49,803 bases of DNA, from the NCBI GenBank assembly GCA_026914085.1, contig JAPPKG010000390.1, forward strand, positions 1 to 49,803. The letters run 5' to 3'. Shown one piece after another: positions 21,643-30,671 of this stretch. How positions within the stretch are numbered: position 1 is the stretch's first letter; each line of letters begins with the position of its first letter. The notes beneath the pieces are model-generated. The model saw nothing but the letters and a program-made list of their open reading frames with translations, was not told the DNA's origin and ran no database searches. Source of the DNA: Caldilineaceae bacterium (GTDB taxonomy: Bacteria > Chloroflexota > Anaerolineae > Caldilineales > Caldilineaceae). Position numbers and translations under genes: made by a program.

Positions 21643-22776
21643 TCACTCAGTGCTTGCCGCTGTCGTCGTTTGTATCAGTGGAACGGTGTCGTGGGTCCAG
21701 GCGGTGGGGTTGGATAGCCGGGCGGGGGAGGGGATCGCGCAGTAGCGGTGGCCGCGGTCCAGCTCTTCCAGCGCCGCCAGATCAATCTGACAACCTCTGT
21801 TTCTCAGCCGCCCGAGGATCTCCCAATACCCCTTGAGCATCGTGTCGTCCGGATCGATAACGAGGTCGCGATCGCTCGGCCGTAAGGGTCCGTTCTTCGG
21901 CAATTGGGTTTCGGCAAGTGCGCGATCCTCGTTGACGTTTTTCATATTGCGCATCAGAAACCCTTCGTCATGCTCGGGTTCGGCCATGAAATTGCGGGTA
22001 AACAGGTAGCGCATGGCGGTCGTTTGCGAGTCGATGGGCGTGGACATTTCGTAGAACGTAATGAATACGCCCGACCCTTCGCCGCCGATCTCGAGATGTC
22101 CCTTGAACGTGAATCCGGAAACAAAGAACGTAAGCGTCGAGGCGATGTGCTTGTCTTCTTCGCGTATCTCGCTCCAATCACCCTTGGGCTGCTCAAACGG
22201 CGTGCGAATGTGCGATGAAATGCTGTAATCGTCCGGACAAGAGATGTTCTCCTTCGGCGTAAAGCTGCCGATGAATTCCTGCCCGTGCACGATGGGAACG
22301 TGAACCAGATCGATGTTCGCGAACTTCGCCCAGTGGTAGTTCGCGTTCCAGACTTCGCCGAATTCAACCGTGCGCCAGCCGTCAGTCTCGATCTCCGGCA
22401 TGTCGGGTATGGGCGGGGCGGTTTCCGGTTTGTCCCCCAGGAACGTCCAGATCAACCCGTGCCGTTCCTCGGTGGGGTAGGAGTCGGTTTTGGCGCCCGG
22501 AGGCATTTCGAAACCTTCGGCCTGGGACGGTATGGACCTGCAGAGGCCGTCGCCGGCAAACTGCCAGCCGTGCTGCGGACATTGCAGCGTGCCGTCTTCA
22601 AGGCACTTGCCCTGGGCCAGACTCACCCCCCTGTGGGGGCAGACGTTGCTCAGGCAGTGCGCTTTTCCGTCGGCGTCCCGGAAGAGGACAAAGTCCCGGT
22701 TCAGCATTCGCACTTTCACCGGTTCGTCCTTCAGTTCGCTGCTGAACGACGCGACGTACCAGAGATTGATGTACAT
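21643..22776 (-). CDS. Rieske [2Fe-2S] aromatic-ring-hydroxylating oxygenase, alpha-type subunit
   Basis: 377 aa with Rieske motif CPHRG...x17...CPQHGW. Confidence 0.9.
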   Translation of the reverse strand: MYINLWYVASFSSELKDEPVKVRMLNRDFVLFRDADGKAHCLSNVCPHRGVSLAQGKCLEDGTLQCPQHGWQFAGDGLCRSIPSQAEGFEMPPGAKTDSYPTEERHGLIWTFLGDKPETAPPIPDMPEIETDGWRTVEFGEVWNANYHWAKFANIDLVHVPIVHGQEFIGSFTPKENISCPDDYSISSHIRTPFEQPKGDWSEIREEDKHIASTLTFFVSGFTFKGHLEIGGEGSGVFITFYEMSTPIDSQTTAMRYLFTRNFMAEPEHDEGFLMRNMKNVNEDRALAETQLPKNGPLRPSDRDLVIDPDDTMLKGYWEILGRLRNRGCQIDLAALEELDRGHRYCAIPSPARLSNPTAWTHDTVPLIQTTTAASTE

Positions 22777-22800
22777 GGTTCGAACTCCGTGAAAGCCCTG

Positions 22801-24093
22801 TCAGGCCATTCTCCTGACAATCAGCGCCCAGGCAATGACGACAAGGTTGGCCACCATCATCATGACAAACGGTGCGGTTACGCCGATAGTGTCGAAAATG
22901 CGGCCGCCTGCGAAGGTCCACAAGGCGATGCCGACGCCGCCGAATACACCCAGGAACCCGAGCACCGCGCCGCGCGACGGCTTGGGCGCCTGTTCTCCGG
23001 CCAGGGCATTGTTGGTCACGACGATGCTGATCTCGCCGGCGGCCAGAACGATCACGCCTGCGAAAACAAGGACCGAAAACGGATCTCCGACCGCCCACAA
23101 TGCGCCGTATCCGACCGTGGCCAGAACGAAGGCGACCACCATTACGCTGACCTTGTGGAATCGGTCGTTCAGGTAACCCGCCACGTAAGCCCAGGCCACG
23201 ACGGCAACCTGGTGAACGGCCAGCAAGGTGCCGGCCCGGACGGTGGCGTCTCCTATCGACATTCCGGCGTCCAGCGCGGACCGGGCAACCCACAGCGGAA
23301 GGAATATGCCGATGATGGCCAGGTCGCCGCGGCCGATGAACGCGGCTCCGTAGGTCAGGGCCAGGGTGCGGTTGCGCAGCCCCAGTTTGAGCGCTGTTAC
23401 GGCGGAAGCGAGCGGGCCGGCCTCCTGAGGTTCGTCTGTTGCCGATTTCTTCTTGAGGCCGAGTCCCAGAATGATGGCCGACAAGAAGCAAAGGCCCGCC
23501 GTGATCCAGAAAACCGTGCGGCCGGCCGCCGCTCCGTCGAACCCGGCGTTCTCCAGCATGGCGGGCAGTCGGGACATGACGACGGTCATGATCATCACGC
23601 CGATTCCGCTGATGACATTGAGCGCGCCGATCACCTTGCCCCGCGACTCGCCCCGGCTGTAATCGACGGCGACGATCGTGAACATCACCAACGCCGTGCT
23701 GCTGCCGATCGCGAAGACGGCGCGAAACAGCATCAGTTGCGTCGCGGAGTCCGCTAGCGGGTAAAGCAGATACCCGAGGCCCATGAAGAAAAATCCGGCG
23801 GCGTAGAAGGCCCGCCGGCCCCACCGGTCGGACAACCCGCCGATCAAACACATCGTGAGAATCGCCACGCCTTCGTGCACGGCAGCCAGGCGTCCCGTCA
23901 CGGATCCGATGTCCGACGGGGGCAGCGCCAGGATGTTGATCAACAGATACGGCTGGATGAGATTGATGTAGACCAGCAGACTGAGCGTCGTCAGGCTGGC
24001 GTAGACGGCCGCCAACGCGTGCCGGCGCGTGACGCCCCGGGTCAGGCGAATCGAGCCGATTCGCACGCTTTTTGCGGGGCCGTTCCGTGTCAT
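22801..24093 (-). CDS. MFS transporter
   Basis: The ORF track extends to 24387. The ATG at 24093 (MTRNGPAK...) forms an ATGA overlap with the stop of the upstream GDPD gene. GGLSDRWGRR MFS motif; multi-pass. Confidence 0.8.
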   Translation of the reverse strand: MTRNGPAKSVRIGSIRLTRGVTRRHALAAVYASLTTLSLLVYINLIQPYLLINILALPPSDIGSVTGRLAAVHEGVAILTMCLIGGLSDRWGRRAFYAAGFFFMGLGYLLYPLADSATQLMLFRAVFAIGSSTALVMFTIVAVDYSRGESRGKVIGALNVISGIGVMIMTVVMSRLPAMLENAGFDGAAAGRTVFWITAGLCFLSAIILGLGLKKKSATDEPQEAGPLASAVTALKLGLRNRTLALTYGAAFIGRGDLAIIGIFLPLWVARSALDAGMSIGDATVRAGTLLAVHQVAVVAWAYVAGYLNDRFHKVSVMVVAFVLATVGYGALWAVGDPFSVLVFAGVIVLAAGEISIVVTNNALAGEQAPKPSRGAVLGFLGVFGGVGIALWTFAGGRIFDTIGVTAPFVMMMVANLVVIAWALIVRRMA

Positions 24094-25073
24094 GGTTCCG
24101 CGAGCCAATCCTGGAACTTGTCGATGCGGTTGGTCTGGATCGCGCCGCCGTATCCGCGTGGGATTATTTGGGCATACTCGGAGGTCTCCGGCAGATCGTG
24201 AATGGACTCCGTCTGGTACGGATGCGTCAGAATCACCATCGTATCGACGCTGCGCATTCGATCCACGAATCGATGCGGCCAACCCCAGAGCACCCACGCG
24301 TAGTTGGCGTACATACCGACTGCGATGTTTCGACAAGTGTCCGGCACGTAGCCGGTCCAGCCAACGAGCATGTAGTCGCGAAGGCATCTTCCGGCTGACG
24401 CCCGTGAGACTGCGCGAAGCGACGGATGAGCTTTCCGGATTGCGTCTACGGCGTCCGAACCGCCGAATATCAGCAGCCGGTTGACGTCCTCGGGACCGCG
24501 TGCAACAAGAAAATCACCCAAGTTGACCGCCTCGTTCCGATCGTTGCTCTTGACATCGATTACGAACCCTTTTCGCGGGAAGCGGTCAAGAACCTCTTCA
24601 AGCGAAGGCATCAGGGCAATGCCTTTGCCCCTCAGCGGATACTCGTTGCTCTCCGTGTAGTAGCCGTAGCCGATATCGAGGGCCTTGAGCTCCGCCATCG
24701 AGTAGTCAATCAGGCGCCCCGCGGCGTTCGTCTTGCAGTCGAGGACATCGTCGTGGAATACCGCAAACTGTCCATCGGCAGTCGCACGAACGTCGAACTC
24801 GACGTAGTCCGCGCCGAGATCGAATGCGGCTTCGATCGAAGGAATCGTATTTTCGATGTAGCTGTGTTCGCTGTCGTGAATACGGCTGACGCATGCGGAG
24901 TAATCCTCGTGCTCCGGATGCATCTCAGGCGCAGATCCGCGATGGGCAATCAGAAGAGGCTTGTCGTCGCCCGCGGAAAACAGCGAAGTATTGTTGAGCC
25001 ACACCAATCCCAGGATGGCAGCCACGAAAAGCAGCACGCGTTTCGCTCGTCGCTTCAAGACCTTCCCACTCAT
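24090..25073 (-). CDS. Glycerophosphodiester phosphodiesterase (GDPD) family protein, membrane-anchored
   Basis: 327 aa with an N-terminal TM helix. GDPD motifs HRGS, ENT, GADYVEFDVRATADGQFAVFHDD. Confidence 0.8.
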   Translation of the reverse strand: MSGKVLKRRAKRVLLFVAAILGLVWLNNTSLFSAGDDKPLLIAHRGSAPEMHPEHEDYSACVSRIHDSEHSYIENTIPSIEAAFDLGADYVEFDVRATADGQFAVFHDDVLDCKTNAAGRLIDYSMAELKALDIGYGYYTESNEYPLRGKGIALMPSLEEVLDRFPRKGFVIDVKSNDRNEAVNLGDFLVARGPEDVNRLLIFGGSDAVDAIRKAHPSLRAVSRASAGRCLRDYMLVGWTGYVPDTCRNIAVGMYANYAWVLWGWPHRFVDRMRSVDTMVILTHPYQTESIHDLPETSEYAQIIPRGYGGAIQTNRIDKFQDWLAEP

Positions 25074-25219
25074 GATGACTCGGGATTATGGCAATAACGC
25101 AATCGGAGCAATAGATATTCCGACCAGTTTGGAATAGTCACAACAAGCGAAATCTCAAAGTTATTTTTACTTGGTAATAACGATTGCGAATACTTTAAGC
25201 TTCACGATTGGCATATATA

Positions 25220-25248
25220 TTGACAGAAATATAGTAATAGTGTATTAA
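25220..25248 (+). promoter_or_regulatory. Sigma70-like promoter upstream of abiEi
   Basis: TTGACA (25220-25225), a 17-nt spacer, then TATTAA (25243-25248), about 50 nt upstream of the abiEi ATG. Confidence 0.4.
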
Positions 25249-25297
25249 ATATGTCCACTTAATTTAGGATTTGCTAGAAACATTAGGGTTTTTCCTC

Positions 25298-25834
25298 ATG
25301 CAACAAATCGCAGCAATCAGGGAACTGATGCGTCACGAAAGGACGGGACCGCCCGTATTTACCAAGAAAGACTTGGCGAAGATTTTTCGTGACGATGATA
25401 CGAACGCGTTGAATGCCGGCCTGAACCGACTGGTTCGGAACCGGGTACTGCAGCGCGCAGTCAAAGGCGTGTACGTCAATGCGCTTTCGTCCAATCAAGG
25501 TGCCGACACTCTCGAACATATCGCCCGGGCGATGCGCCGCGGCCACCACAGTTACATCAGTCTCGAGTCTGCTTTATCTGAGTACGGGGTAATCTCGCAA
25601 ATTCCGATGCGTCTTACCGTAATGACCACGGGGCGCAGAGGCGAATACTCGACCCCCTTTGGGGTCATCGAATTCACCCACACAGCCCGTTCTGTTCTTG
25701 ATGTCATCAATGGCACGGTGGATGCTGGACGGCCGCTACCGCTGGCTACCAAGCACATCGCCTACCGTGATCTAAAGCGTGTTGGACGCAACCTAGAACT
25801 AGTCAATGAGAGCGAACTCGATGAGGAAGACTGA
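25298..25834 (+). CDS. abiEi: AbiEi-family antitoxin/transcriptional regulator (type IV TA)
   Basis: ORF track 25271..25834 (TTG start); first ATG at 25298. The N-terminal wHTH-like region plus the YISLESALSEYG motif is typical of AbiEi. It overlaps the downstream nucleotidyltransferase gene. Confidence 0.75.
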   Translation: MQQIAAIRELMRHERTGPPVFTKKDLAKIFRDDDTNALNAGLNRLVRNRVLQRAVKGVYVNALSSNQGADTLEHIARAMRRGHHSYISLESALSEYGVISQIPMRLTVMTTGRRGEYSTPFGVIEFTHTARSVLDVINGTVDAGRPLPLATKHIAYRDLKRVGRNLELVNESELDEED

Positions 25835-26714
25835 GAACATCCTTCATGCGTTGACGGATCGAGCCATGCAGGACAAAAAGGTTGCGCACATGCGGGCCGT
25901 CATCCAAAAGGAGTTGCTCCACTACGACATCCTCTATTGCCTTGAACAGGCAAATCTGCTGAGCGGCCTTGTCTTCCAGGGAGGCACCTCGCTCCGGCTC
26001 TGCTACGGTGCGGATCGCTATAGTGAAGATCTAGATTTTGCGGGCGGTCTGGACTTTTCATCGGCACAGTTTGCGATACTTAAAGATCGCGTTGAGTCTC
26101 ATGTGAGTGGGCGGTATGGCTTGGAAGTCACTGTCAAGGAGCCGAGGTCCATTACGAATGAACAAGTTCGTTCAGGAGTCAACGTAGATCGTTGGCGGGT
26201 GTCGGTCGTTACCGATCCTGGGCGCAGCGACATCCCAAAGCAGCGTATTCACATTGAGATTGCCAGCGTTCCAGCCTACACATCAGAAGTGCGGAAATTG
26301 CAGGCCAACTACGAATTCCTGCCGGACGGGTACGCAGACCTGTTGGTAGTGGTCGAGTCGCTGGATGAGATCATGGCCGACAAGCTCCTCGCTCTGGCTG
26401 CTTCTCAGAAACATGTTCGCCACCGAGACTTTTGGGACTTGGCATGGCTCAGGCAGCGGGGTGCTAACGTGCAACCGGAACTGGTGGAGCGAAAGATCTC
26501 AGACTATGAAGTGGCGGATTATCCGACACTGCTTGATTCTCTCATCGAGCGCGCGCCGGCGATCATTTCCGGAAGGCAATTCCATGGACAAATGAAGCGC
26601 TTCTTGCCGGAGGACCGGTATCAGCGCTCGTTCGGCAACCCGAACTTCGAACGCTATCTGACAGCAACCATCGGCGAGTTGCTCGGTGAACTGAAGGCCG
26701 GACTCGTTATGTAA
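25806..26714 (+). CDS. abiEii: AbiEii/AbiGii-family nucleotidyltransferase toxin (DUF1814)
   Basis: 302 aa. FQGGTSLRLCYG...RYSEDLDF is the signature NTase motif of AbiEii. Alternative start at 25821. The 5' end overlaps the abiEi 3' end. Confidence 0.8.
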   Translation: MRANSMRKTENILHALTDRAMQDKKVAHMRAVIQKELLHYDILYCLEQANLLSGLVFQGGTSLRLCYGADRYSEDLDFAGGLDFSSAQFAILKDRVESHVSGRYGLEVTVKEPRSITNEQVRSGVNVDRWRVSVVTDPGRSDIPKQRIHIEIASVPAYTSEVRKLQANYEFLPDGYADLLVVVESLDEIMADKLLALAASQKHVRHRDFWDLAWLRQRGANVQPELVERKISDYEVADYPTLLDSLIERAPAIISGRQFHGQMKRFLPEDRYQRSFGNPNFERYLTATIGELLGELKAGLVM

Positions 26715-26741
26715 TATGGCCGTCGAAGGAGGATTGCACCC

Positions 26742-27041
26742 ATGAATGAGCTTTTGCTTGGACTGTTGGGCGTGGTGCTTGGCTGCAGCTTCGGTCTTGC
26801 AGGCATATTCCTCGGAGCGCGTTACAGCATTGTCCCAACCTTTGGCTGGCTGTCCAAGCGGGTCTATCTGGGCATTGCCTCGGGCGTGATGTTTGTTGTC
26901 GTATTTCCTGCACTCATGTTCCGCGTCGTATTTCCCGATGCCGACTGGGTTAACACGCGGCTCTGGATCGCGTTAGCTGCCCTTGCGGTGGTGTTCCTGA
27001 TACCGATTGGCTTCCATTGGTGGGGATCCAGAAAGAGCTGA
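26742..27041 (+). CDS. Small membrane protein (3 predicted TM), paralogue A
   Basis: 99 aa with a GGAGGA RBS. Homologous at protein and DNA level to 33389..33688. Confidence 0.65.
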   Translation: MNELLLGLLGVVLGCSFGLAGIFLGARYSIVPTFGWLSKRVYLGIASGVMFVVVFPALMFRVVFPDADWVNTRLWIALAALAVVFLIPIGFHWWGSRKS

Positions 27042-27113
27042 TTCAGGCAGAAAGAACTGGGCAGGCCACCTGCCGAGGAGAATTTGCCGGCCCGAAGATC
27101 GCGACAGTCGTGT

Positions 27114-27512
27114 TCACTTGATGCGCCGATAGATGAAGCCAAGCACGAGCGCGAACAGGCCGAACTGAACGACGAGATACGCGGTTTCCATTGCGATGAA
27201 GCCGCCCGCGTTCGGCACGTTCTGTTTCGCGACCAGGGCCAGGACATGCGACGTCCAGAAAAACAGCCCCATGAGGCCCGCGTAATGAAAGGCCCGGGCA
27301 AAGCCGGCACGGCCGGAATGAAATAGCGGATAGATCACTGCCAGGACCAGGCCCTGAATGACGATCGCCGCCAGGCCTGCGAGGACATTCGGCTCTCCCT
27401 CGAAATAGCCGAAGGTCTGATACATCTCTTCGAAAAGCCCAAGATGCCAACCCAATGCGAGCGGGAAAACAATCACGACATAGCCTGCCGCCGCCAAGAG
27501 CATCTTCATCAT
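27114..27512 (-). CDS. Small multi-pass membrane protein (hypothetical)
   Basis: The ORF track extends to 27545. Start is taken at the MMKMLLAAAG cluster. About 4 hydrophobic helices. Confidence 0.55.
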   Translation of the reverse strand: MMKMLLAAAGYVVIVFPLALGWHLGLFEEMYQTFGYFEGEPNVLAGLAAIVIQGLVLAVIYPLFHSGRAGFARAFHYAGLMGLFFWTSHVLALVAKQNVPNAGGFIAMETAYLVVQFGLFALVLGFIYRRIK

Positions 27513-27593
27513 TGCCCGATCCTTACATACCCGGGACGCTCGCAAGGAAGTTGTTTTCCTGGAGATCGGCGACCGGACAACTTAAGTTGCCAA

Positions 27594-28328
27594 TCAGAGT
27601 CCTTCGCTTAACTCCACCAATTCGTAATAAGTCTGCATGTACCCGTCGACCTGACCCTTGAGAAACACGTAGTCACCGTCGTTTGTGGTCCATACGTTGT
27701 AGATCGGGTGTTCTTCGGGCAGTCCCCCGACCGCCACGAATTGAAAGTGATGCGCCGTAAACGAGCCTGCATCCACCGTGATGTCCTCATCCCCGTGATA
27801 GATCACCGTAGGCCGGGCTGTCGCAATGGTCGGCCCTGTCGCACCGCGATGATCGGTCGACGACAAAAAGTGTTCAAACGTCTGCGGTTCACCGGGTTTG
27901 GATAAATCCACACCGGCGCAGACCCAACCGTCATTCTGAATGGCATGGCCGCCGAAGACGGGGCAAATACCCGAGTACGGCACACGTTGAGACAACCGGC
28001 CTTCCGTGGTTGTGACCGTCTCGCACTCGGCAACCCCATTGGCAAAGCGAAACCAGCCCGAGCCGCGGAATTCATCCCCGATGGTGATGCGGACAAAGGC
28101 GTCAACAGGTGAAAAGCCGCTGTCGACGGTGAGCTGGACAAAACGCAATACACTGGGCCGGTCATCGATTTCACCGTGAGACATCAGCGACCGGCGGCCA
28201 TCGGAATGCCGCGTCAGGGTCCACACTTCCCGTCCCCGTTCCTCACCCATGCGGTCCGGCTTCCTGGAGGTGTATAGCAGGCGCCCCTTGCGGGACAAAT
28301 GGTCGCGCTGGTGGTACTCCTTGATCAT
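27594..28328 (-). CDS. Conserved hypothetical protein, tandem paralogue 1
   Basis: 244 aa, collinear with 28356..29114 (shared DDRPSV, GWF.F, ECET, DHRGATGP, AHHFQ, LPEEHP, GYMQT.YELVE). Confidence 0.7.
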   Translation of the reverse strand: MIKEYHQRDHLSRKGRLLYTSRKPDRMGEERGREVWTLTRHSDGRRSLMSHGEIDDRPSVLRFVQLTVDSGFSPVDAFVRITIGDEFRGSGWFRFANGVAECETVTTTEGRLSQRVPYSGICPVFGGHAIQNDGWVCAGVDLSKPGEPQTFEHFLSSTDHRGATGPTIATARPTVIYHGDEDITVDAGSFTAHHFQFVAVGGLPEEHPIYNVWTTNDGDYVFLKGQVDGYMQTYYELVELSEGL

Positions 28329-28355
28329 GAATGAACTCCCCTGGCCGCCAGTCTT

Positions 28356-29114
28356 TTATCCAAGTGTCTTTTCATATTCCACCAGTTCGTAATGGGTCTG
28401 CATGTACCCGGCGACTCCACCCTTGAGGAAAGTGTATTCCCCGTCTGTCGAGGTATACACCTCATAGGGCGGGTGTTCTTCGGGGAGGTCGGTGTTGGTC
28501 GGCACCTGGAAGTGATGGGCATCGAACGTGCCGGCGCCGACGGTGATTTTTTCGTCACCCACATACACCAGGTCCAGACGCAGGGGGTAAAGCATCGGGC
28601 CGGTCGCACCTCTGTGGTCGGGCGAGCACAGCAGCAACTCGTCGATGCTTTGCCGGCCGGGACCCTTGCTGAGGTCGTAGTGGGAAAAGTGCCAGCTGTC
28701 GCAGGCGATGGCATGGTTCTGAAAAGACTTCAATGGGCCGTGTTTGTGGTCCATACGCTGGGACACCCGGCCTTCCAATGCGGTGTACGTCTCACACTCC
28801 GTATAGTCGTCATGGAATTTGAACCACCCCGTGCCCATGAACTTGTCGCCGACGGTAAGCCGGACGAAACAATCCTGGGGCATCCAGTTTTCGTCCACTG
28901 TGTAAGTGGCATCGCGCATAACGGAGGGGCGGTCGTCGATTTCCGTATGAACGCCAATGGTGCGGCCACCCCAACCGTACTTGGTAATGGTGAAGAACTC
29001 CCGGCCGCGTTCCTGATCCAGCCGTTCAGGTTTTTTCGACGTATAGGCGATCACACCCCGCACGACTGTGTGATCGATTTGCGTAACCGGCAGGCCCGTG
29101 CTCGCATCGTTCAT
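28356..29114 (-). CDS. Conserved hypothetical protein, tandem paralogue 2
   Basis: The ORF track extends to 29219. The ATG at 29114 is preceded by AGGAGG. About 252 aa. Confidence 0.7.
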   Translation of the reverse strand: MNDASTGLPVTQIDHTVVRGVIAYTSKKPERLDQERGREFFTITKYGWGGRTIGVHTEIDDRPSVMRDATYTVDENWMPQDCFVRLTVGDKFMGTGWFKFHDDYTECETYTALEGRVSQRMDHKHGPLKSFQNHAIACDSWHFSHYDLSKGPGRQSIDELLLCSPDHRGATGPMLYPLRLDLVYVGDEKITVGAGTFDAHHFQVPTNTDLPEEHPPYEVYTSTDGEYTFLKGGVAGYMQTHYELVEYEKTLG

Positions 29115-29229
29115 GTGGGTCCCTCCTGAAACCGGTTCCGACCGGTTCCTGTCATTGATTGATTGTTGCCGTGCGCCATCATACGCTGGCCGTTGCGGTT
29201 GTCTACGGACCCCATGCACGCACGACCTG

Positions 29230-30441
29230 TCAATCTACCGGGTAGAGTCGTGGAAACCAGCGTTCCACGACATCGAGTGGGAAGCCCAGGCGCACCGGAG
29301 CGCGCGGGCCCTTGGAAACGAGCAAGCCCTTCTTCAGCAGTGTGGAGAGTATCTGGCGGCTGCGCCGTTCCTGGTAGCCGGTGATTTCCGGCGCCCGTCC
29401 GCGTGCGAATTCTCCCACCAGAAGCGCCTCGCGAAGCAGCGAACCGGAGCGCGCGGGCAAGCGCCCGGCGGCCACTTCATCATCGGTGTAGAGTTTCATT
29501 CGTCGCAATAGTTCGCCGGGTAGCAGGAGCGAGCTCATGAACTCGACCTGGTCTATGCAAGTCCGCAAGAAGAATACGCAGAATTTTTCCAGCTGCGCTG
29601 CGGATCTTTCTCCACGGCCGTCGTAGTTACCCTGCCGGGGTGCGTCGGCGCCCGCGAGCCTGTTCTTGTATTCGGTCACGTTGCGGGCCAGCCCGCGCGA
29701 TATGGACCAGAGGCTGCTGCCGACGCCGGAGCGCAAAAGCATGGCGTGTGACATCAGTCGAGCCACTCGTCCGTTTCCATCGTAGAAGGGATGGATCCAC
29801 AGGAATCGATGGTGCGCCGCCCCTGCCGCGATGATGGTCCGCGTCCTGGACAGCCAGTTCCTTGTGTAGGCGGTTTCAAAATGATTCAGAAAGCGCGGCA
29901 GGTCGGCTGCGGGCGGAGCGATGTGCCGGCCCACCGCCACTCCGCCGTCGCGGATTTTTCCGGGCACAACGCGCACCTCCGCGCCTGTATCCGGGTTTTC
30001 GACCCGGAGCAACTCGTCGGGCAAACGTAGGCAGAATTCCTCGTGAATCCATTGGATATACGCGGTCGATACCGGCAACTCCTGGGGATCGTCACCGTTG
30101 TCAATCAATCTTTGCACTTCGATATGCGCGCGGGCTTCCTGCTGCAAAGCGCGCCTTTCGGGGTCCGGTGAGTACTTGTCCTCCAGCGCTGCTTCGATGT
30201 CTCGCGGGTGCGTGTTGTGTCCCTCGATGAGATTCGAGTAGTAGCAATTCATGGAGCGCACGAGGTCCCCGATGCTCTCTCGCACGGTATGTTGAATCTG
30301 CCCTTTAAGCGCGCTTGCCTTTGCGATGAGCTCAACGGCAAGGTCGGTCATGCCCGCCTTGTCGTCGCGGGGCAGCATGGGTTCCATCATTATGGGAAGC
30401 ATAGTGCCGGTCATTATGCCGGTTTGAATGCCGGAAGGCAA
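29230..30441 (-). CDS. Fic/DOC family protein (AMPylase-type) with C-terminal wHTH-like region
   Basis: Canonical Fic motif HPFYDGNGRVAR. The start is uncertain: TTG at 30441, several ATGs, and M31 at 30351. The first ~12 codons of the longest ORF overlap a repeat array. Confidence 0.85.
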   Translation of the reverse strand: MPSGIQTGIMTGTMLPIMMEPMLPRDDKAGMTDLAVELIAKASALKGQIQHTVRESIGDLVRSMNCYYSNLIEGHNTHPRDIEAALEDKYSPDPERRALQQEARAHIEVQRLIDNGDDPQELPVSTAYIQWIHEEFCLRLPDELLRVENPDTGAEVRVVPGKIRDGGVAVGRHIAPPAADLPRFLNHFETAYTRNWLSRTRTIIAAGAAHHRFLWIHPFYDGNGRVARLMSHAMLLRSGVGSSLWSISRGLARNVTEYKNRLAGADAPRQGNYDGRGERSAAQLEKFCVFFLRTCIDQVEFMSSLLLPGELLRRMKLYTDDEVAAGRLPARSGSLLREALLVGEFARGRAPEITGYQERRSRQILSTLLKKGLLVSKGPRAPVRLGFPLDVVERWFPRLYPVD

Positions 30442-30514
30442 TATATATAAATCAATTACTTAGTATTTTCAGATGCACATAGAACGGCATATGAATGCCG
30501 GTATCTATGCCGGT
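30404..30514. repeat. Phased (A/G)TGCCGG(T/A) repeats flanking an AT-rich core (putative operator array)
   Basis: Copies start at 30404, 30416 and 30428 (12-bp phase) and at 30495 and 30507 (12-bp phase). An inverted half-copy CGGCAT at 30485-30490 forms the palindrome CGGCAT-ATGA-ATGCCG. Confidence 0.6.
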
Positions 30515-30671
30515 AGATGTGTTACGCTCCTTGTTTCCGTGTCCTGTTCACAGAAGACGATCAGGTTCATCGAACCCTTGTGACGTGCGCTGGGTACCAA
30601 TATTCCATCCGCACCAAGGAAAGCGCTCGCTTCGGCGACTTGCTGAGACCGCGTGTACTCGCCGTATCGCT

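Noticed and set aside
25075-25300. Direct repeat of the tRNA-Lys 3' end (att site) at the left island boundary. The best candidate was GGAATAGTCACAACAAGCG against the tRNA GGAATCGAACCCGCAACCA.
   Set aside because: Only about 11/19 identities by eye, which is indistinguishable from chance. No att repeat can be claimed.
30442-30671. Possible RES-toxin remnant directly after the antitoxin stop (frame reading ...RFPWCGWNIGTQ..., compared with the RES-family GGRWN motif).
   Set aside because: There is no start codon, only about 40 codons and a single loose motif resemblance. It is mentioned in a finding as a possibility but not annotated as a pseudogene.
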